Assembly: GCA_964536745.1 (NCBI GenBank)
Contig: CAZHYL010000004.1
Coordinates: 16,545 to 80,544, forward strand
Length of the DNA stretch: 64,000 bases
From: an uncultured Candidatus Saccharibacteria bacterium
Lineage (GTDB): Bacteria > Patescibacteriota > Doudnabacteria > UBA920
Reading direction: 5' to 3'
Shown piece after piece: positions 60,701 to 64,000 of the stretch. The notes beneath the pieces are model-generated. The model was given only the letters and a program-made list of their open reading frames with translations, was not told where the DNA came from and searched no databases. How positions within the stretch are numbered: position 1 is the first letter of the stretch; each line of letters starts with the position of its first letter. The position numbers and the translations under genes were made by a program.

Positions 60701-61246
60701 AAAGTAACTTTGTATGATGGAAAAACTGGTGAACCATTCGATGAGCCTGTTACTGTTGGTATGAAGTATATGCTTAAGCTTCATCATTTAGTTGATGATA
60801 AAATGCACGCTCGTTCTACTGGACCATACTCACTTATTACTCAACAGCCTCTTGGTGGTAAAGCTCAAATGGGTGGTCAGCGTTTCGGAGAAATGGAAGT
60901 ATGGGCGTTAGAAGGTTATGGAGCCGCCCACACTTTGCAGGAAATGCTTACTATAAAATCGGATGACGTTGTTGGTAGAAGTAAAACTTATGAATCGATT
61001 GTAAAAGGTGAACCGATTAAGAAACCGAATGTTCCAGAAAGTTTCCGAGTATTAGTGAAAGAATTACAAAGTTTAGGTCTAGATGTAGAACTACTTGGCG
61101 ATAATGGTGCTGTCATGAGTGCCACCGCTGAAATCGAAGATCCTGTGCAAACTGAAGGCGAGGCAATGGTCGAAGCTGCCGCTCAAACTGGTCCATCTCT
61201 ATTCGATGAACCAACCAAAGCTTCTAAGAAGAAGAAGAAAGAATAA
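57746..61246 (+). CDS. rpoB: RNA polymerase beta subunit
   Basis: NGVERVVVSQL, SQFMDQTNP, TPEGPNIGL, GDKMAGRHGNKG, GGQRFGEMEVWALE. Confidence 0.99.
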   Translation: MPTAHKPKAIGSVVVPNQASKERKFFSKRHDAVKMPNLIEVQLNSYKWFFEHGLKDLLAEINPIHDFTSKNLELYFGDYFFDKPKYDEITARERNTTFEAPLYVSAKLVNKVTGKTKTQDVYFGDFPLLTPRGTFVINGVERVVVSQLIKSPGVFFTSEFSRGKMLYGAKIVPNRGAWLELDTDNAGVIGVKIDRKRRIPVTALLRIFGLKTNEQLIEAFKDVDTNPEMKYIQTTLDKDASSNADEGYKEVYKRIRPGDLATVDNARSLIDAMFFNFDRYDLSEVGRYKFNQRLDFPDNHDSRILSLEDMVAVVKEIIRLNNTGDPADDIDHLANRRIRAVGELIQTRYRVGLARMARICKDRMSLADLETVTPAQLIHVRPIVAATQEFFSSSQLSQFMDQTNPLAELEHKRRLSAMGPGGLSRERAGFEVRDVHRSHYGRLCPITTPEGPNIGLVAHLATYARLNDFGFIETPYQIVKKFAKNDGKDAVGEIALYDVKDASGNVVVSAGSKMTESDAKKLSQIQDLDQIRVKGRLTKDVDFMDAYEEEKLTIGPANLDINDDGYFTEERASVRVRGVPTISDTDEIDCIDISPKQIISVTTSLIPFLEHDDANRALMGSNMQRQAVSCIVPRSPIVGTGMEAKAARDSGQVILAEEPGTVQSASGDKIVVKGDSGKTYEYPLLKFVRTNSGTSLNQIVRADKGQKVKAGDILADGTSTQHGELALGQNVLVAFMSWEGGNYEDAILLSSRLVQDDYYTSVHIEDFKIDVRDTKLGPEVVTRDIPNVGDEKLKNLDEEGVVRVGAQVKAGDILVGKITPKGETDLTAEEKLLRVIFGEKSRDVKDTSLTLPHGEYGKVVNIREFSRDNGDKLQSGVIRSIQVSIAVLRKIQVGDKMAGRHGNKGVISRIIPVEDMPFMADGTAVDIILNPLGIVSRMNLGQVLETHLGFAAHKLGYKVATPVLDGLTEDQIKDELEKAGVPRSGKVTLYDGKTGEPFDEPVTVGMKYMLKLHHLVDDKMHARSTGPYSLITQQPLGGKAQMGGQRFGEMEVWALEGYGAAHTLQEMLTIKSDDVVGRSKTYESIVKGEPIKKPNVPESFRVLVKELQSLGLDVELLGDNGAVMSATAEIEDPVQTEGEAMVEAAAQTGPSLFDEPTKASKKKKKE

Positions 61247-61291
61247 CAATTTTTGTTCGGGAGTAATCCCAAACAAGAGGATTCTAAAAAT

Positions 61292-64000
61292 ATGTTTACA
61301 CAAACCGAAGAATTTAAAGGCGTAAAAATTAAACTGGCTAGTCCAGAAACGATTTTGCAATGGTCTCACGGAGAAGTAACTAAACCAGAAACCATTAACT
61401 ATCGAACCCAGCGTCCAGAAAAAGAAGGTCTTTTCGATGAAAAGATTTTTGGACCAATCCGTGATTGGGAGTGTTATTGTGGAAAATACAAGCGTATTCG
61501 ATACAAGAATATTGTCTGTGATAAATGTGGTGTAGAAGTCACAAAGTCTAGCGTTCGTCGCGAACGCATGGGTCATATTACTTTAGCTGTACCAGTTGCT
61601 CATATTTGGTTCTTACGCAGCGTACCAAGCCGTCTTGGATTGGTATTAGACTTAGGAGTTCAGGAGTTAGAGCGCTTGGTTTACTTTGCTGCTTATATTA
61701 TTACTGGAGTAGATGAAGAAGCTCGGGCGAACACATTAGAGCAAATCGAAGCAGAATTTAAGAGCAAGAAAAAAGAGATCGAGTCTCGTTACGAAGGCTT
61801 ATTGGCAAGATCTAAAACCCAAATTGGCCAAGAAGTTACAACCGATGCAGATGTTAAAGAAGCAAAGATTGATGCTGAAGTTACTGCTATCAAAGACATG
61901 TGGGCGAAAGAAATGCAGAACTTGGAATCTATCCGCGACCAAGCTCGCAGCGAATTAAAGTCGATTCGCAAAATGCAAATTATTTCTGAACTTGCATACA
62001 GAGATTTATCTTTGAAGTACGGACAAGTTTTCACTGCAGGTATTGGAGCAGAAGCTCTTCAAAACTTATTAGAAGAAGTTAACTTAGAAGAGTTAGCTCA
62101 CGAATTAGAAATTACTTTAAAAGAAGCTGAAGGCCAGACCGCTAAAAAGTTAACCCGACGTTTGAAGCTAATTAAATCTTTAGTAAGAAGTGGTGTCCGC
62201 CCGGAATGGATGTTAATTAAACATCTACCAGTTATCCCTCCTGATTTGCGACCAATGGTGCAATTAGATGGTGGCCGTTTCGCGACTTCCGATTTAAACG
62301 ATTTGTATCGTCGTGTTATCAACCGTAACAATCGTTTGAAGAAATTATTAGAAATTAAATCACCAGAAGTTATCACTCGTAACGAAAAGCGTATGCTTCA
62401 AGAAGCTGTCGATGCGTTAATCGACAACTCTGTTCGTCATGGTAAAGAAGTGACTGCATCTACTGGGCAAAAGCGAAAGCTTCGTTCATTAGCAGACATG
62501 CTTAAAGGTAAGCAGGGTCGTTTCCGTCAGAACTTACTTGGTAAGCGTGTAGATTATTCTGGTCGCTCAGTAATTGTAGTTGGACCTAATTTAAAACTTC
62601 ATCAATGTGGTTTACCTAAACAAATGGCTTTGGAATTGTTTAAGCCGTTTGTAATTTCAAAATTGATTTCTCGTGAGTATGCTCACAACGTTCGTAGTGC
62701 CAATAGGCTTATCGAACAAGGACGCACCGAAGTTTGGGATATTCTTGAAGAAGTAAGTAAGGATCACTATGTGTTACTAAACCGTGCTCCGACCTTGCAC
62801 AGACTAGGTTTCCAAGCATTCCAACCTGTGTTAATTGAAGGTAAAGCTATTCAGCTTCACCCAATGGTTTGTGCTGCGTTTAATGCAGACTTCGACGGTG
62901 ACCAGATGGCTGTTCATGTTCCTTTAACAGAAGCTGCTCAAGCAGAAGCTCGCGAAATTATGGTTTCTAGCCATAACTTGCTTAAGCCTGCTAGTGGTGA
63001 TGCTGTGATGACTCCTGCTCAAGATGTAGTGGTGGGTTGTTTCTATATTACTTCGATCCGCGAGGGACTAAAGGGTGAAGGTAAAGTTTTCACAGATAAA
63101 CAAGAAGCAATTCTTGCTTACAACAATAGACATATTCATATTCAAGCCAAAATAAAAGTCCGTTTAGAAAATGGTGAAATTGTAGAAACTTCTGCTGGTC
63201 GATTAATCTTTAACAAGATTCTTCCAGAAGAGTTTGGATTCCGCAATGATGCCTTCGATAAGAAACATTTACAATCGTTAGTTCGCGAAGCCTACAGAAT
63301 GTTTGGTTTAGATAAAACCGCAGAATTAATCGATGAGATTAAGCGTATTGGTTTTACGTACATGAAACAATCTGGAATTTCTTGGGGTATGGATGATCTT
63401 CGTGTTCCAGATACAAAGTACAAATTGTTAGAAGAAGCCGACAAAGAAGTTCAGTCTACACAAGAACAATTCCTTGAAGGTTTATTAACTGAAGATGAGC
63501 GCTATGGACGCGTTGTGGAAATTTGGGGTGATGCATCTGCAAAAATTGCAAAGGACGTAGTTGGAACTGTTGAGCCTCATTCAAGTGTAAATTATTTCGT
63601 ATCAAGTGGTGCTCGTGGTTCATTCTCTCAGATTACTCAGATGTCTGGTCTAAAAGGTTTAGTGGTAAACCCTGGTGGTCGTACTATCGAGCTTCCTGTT
63701 CGTGGTTCATTCAAAGAAGGTATCGATGTATTGGAATATTTCATTTCAACTCACGGTTCTCGTAAAGGTATGAGTGACACCGCTCTTCGTACAGCAGATG
63801 CAGGTTACTTAACTCGTCGCTTAGTAGACGTTGCTCAAGACGTGGTGATTAATGCTGAAGATTGTGGGACAAAAGAATATGATATTATCGATCGCGCTGA
63901 AAGCGAAGCTATGAATCAGACTTTTGCTCGTAGGTTATTCGGACGCGTAACTATGGAAGATGTAAAAGACGAAAACGGTGAAATTATAGTGAAGAAAAAC
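61292..64000 (+). CDS. rpoC: RNA polymerase beta' subunit, truncated by window edge (absent from ORF track)
   Basis: Manual translation MFTQTEEFKGVKIKLASPE..KPETINYRT..WECYCGKYK; NADFDGD near 62882. Confidence 0.99.
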   Translation, partial: MFTQTEEFKGVKIKLASPETILQWSHGEVTKPETINYRTQRPEKEGLFDEKIFGPIRDWECYCGKYKRIRYKNIVCDKCGVEVTKSSVRRERMGHITLAVPVAHIWFLRSVPSRLGLVLDLGVQELERLVYFAAYIITGVDEEARANTLEQIEAEFKSKKKEIESRYEGLLARSKTQIGQEVTTDADVKEAKIDAEVTAIKDMWAKEMQNLESIRDQARSELKSIRKMQIISELAYRDLSLKYGQVFTAGIGAEALQNLLEEVNLEELAHELEITLKEAEGQTAKKLTRRLKLIKSLVRSGVRPEWMLIKHLPVIPPDLRPMVQLDGGRFATSDLNDLYRRVINRNNRLKKLLEIKSPEVITRNEKRMLQEAVDALIDNSVRHGKEVTASTGQKRKLRSLADMLKGKQGRFRQNLLGKRVDYSGRSVIVVGPNLKLHQCGLPKQMALELFKPFVISKLISREYAHNVRSANRLIEQGRTEVWDILEEVSKDHYVLLNRAPTLHRLGFQAFQPVLIEGKAIQLHPMVCAAFNADFDGDQMAVHVPLTEAAQAEAREIMVSSHNLLKPASGDAVMTPAQDVVVGCFYITSIREGLKGEGKVFTDKQEAILAYNNRHIHIQAKIKVRLENGEIVETSAGRLIFNKILPEEFGFRNDAFDKKHLQSLVREAYRMFGLDKTAELIDEIKRIGFTYMKQSGISWGMDDLRVPDTKYKLLEEADKEVQSTQEQFLEGLLTEDERYGRVVEIWGDASAKIAKDVVGTVEPHSSVNYFVSSGARGSFSQITQMSGLKGLVVNPGGRTIELPVRGSFKEGIDVLEYFISTHGSRKGMSDTALRTADAGYLTRRLVDVAQDVVINAEDCGTKEYDIIDRAESEAMNQTFARRLFGRVTMEDVKDENGEIIVKKN

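Noticed and set aside
61119-62376. Short ORFs listed after rpoB
   Set aside because: Shadows of rpoC, which the ORF track missed because it runs off the window
13391-64000. Inteins or introns in gyrA, polA, ruvB, rpoB and rpoC
   Set aside because: Lengths and motif spacing are ordinary; no splicing motifs noticed

Overview
A 64-kb chromosomal window of an AT-rich bacterium using genetic code 11, centred on the replication origin (jag-yidC-yidD-rnpA-rpmH <> dnaA-oriC-dnaN-recF). Gene content and style suggest a Patescibacteria/CPR organism (inference): dispersed ruvA/B/C and gyrA, short TsaB, FemABX plus MurE, PilB, VanW, bactofilin, Ig/DUF5648 surface proteins and no metabolic genes. Core genes include infB, rbfA, nrnA, rpsA, gyrA, rsmI, yebC, ruvABC, tyrS, a class A PBP, polA, rpsT, uvrB, rpoB and partial rpoC. 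There are seven tRNAs, one a rare tRNA-Ile(UAU). No CRISPR array, transposase, integrase or prophage was seen. The main signal is a two-tier gene architecture. Core genes lack a GGAGG Shine-Dalgarno and several look leaderless. About ten orphan genes sit singly between core genes with a perfect GGAGG, most with their own promoter-like sequence and many with a terminator. These orphans include an outer-membrane beta-barrel-like protein, signal-peptide+Gln secreted proteins (two paralogous), lone receiver domains, an HD dNTPase-like enzyme and a protein ending in an SSB-tail mimic. Structured non-coding elements flank tRNA-Leu(UAA) and precede rpsA, rpsT and a lytic transglycosylase. All functional calls come from motif recognition by eye, without database searches.
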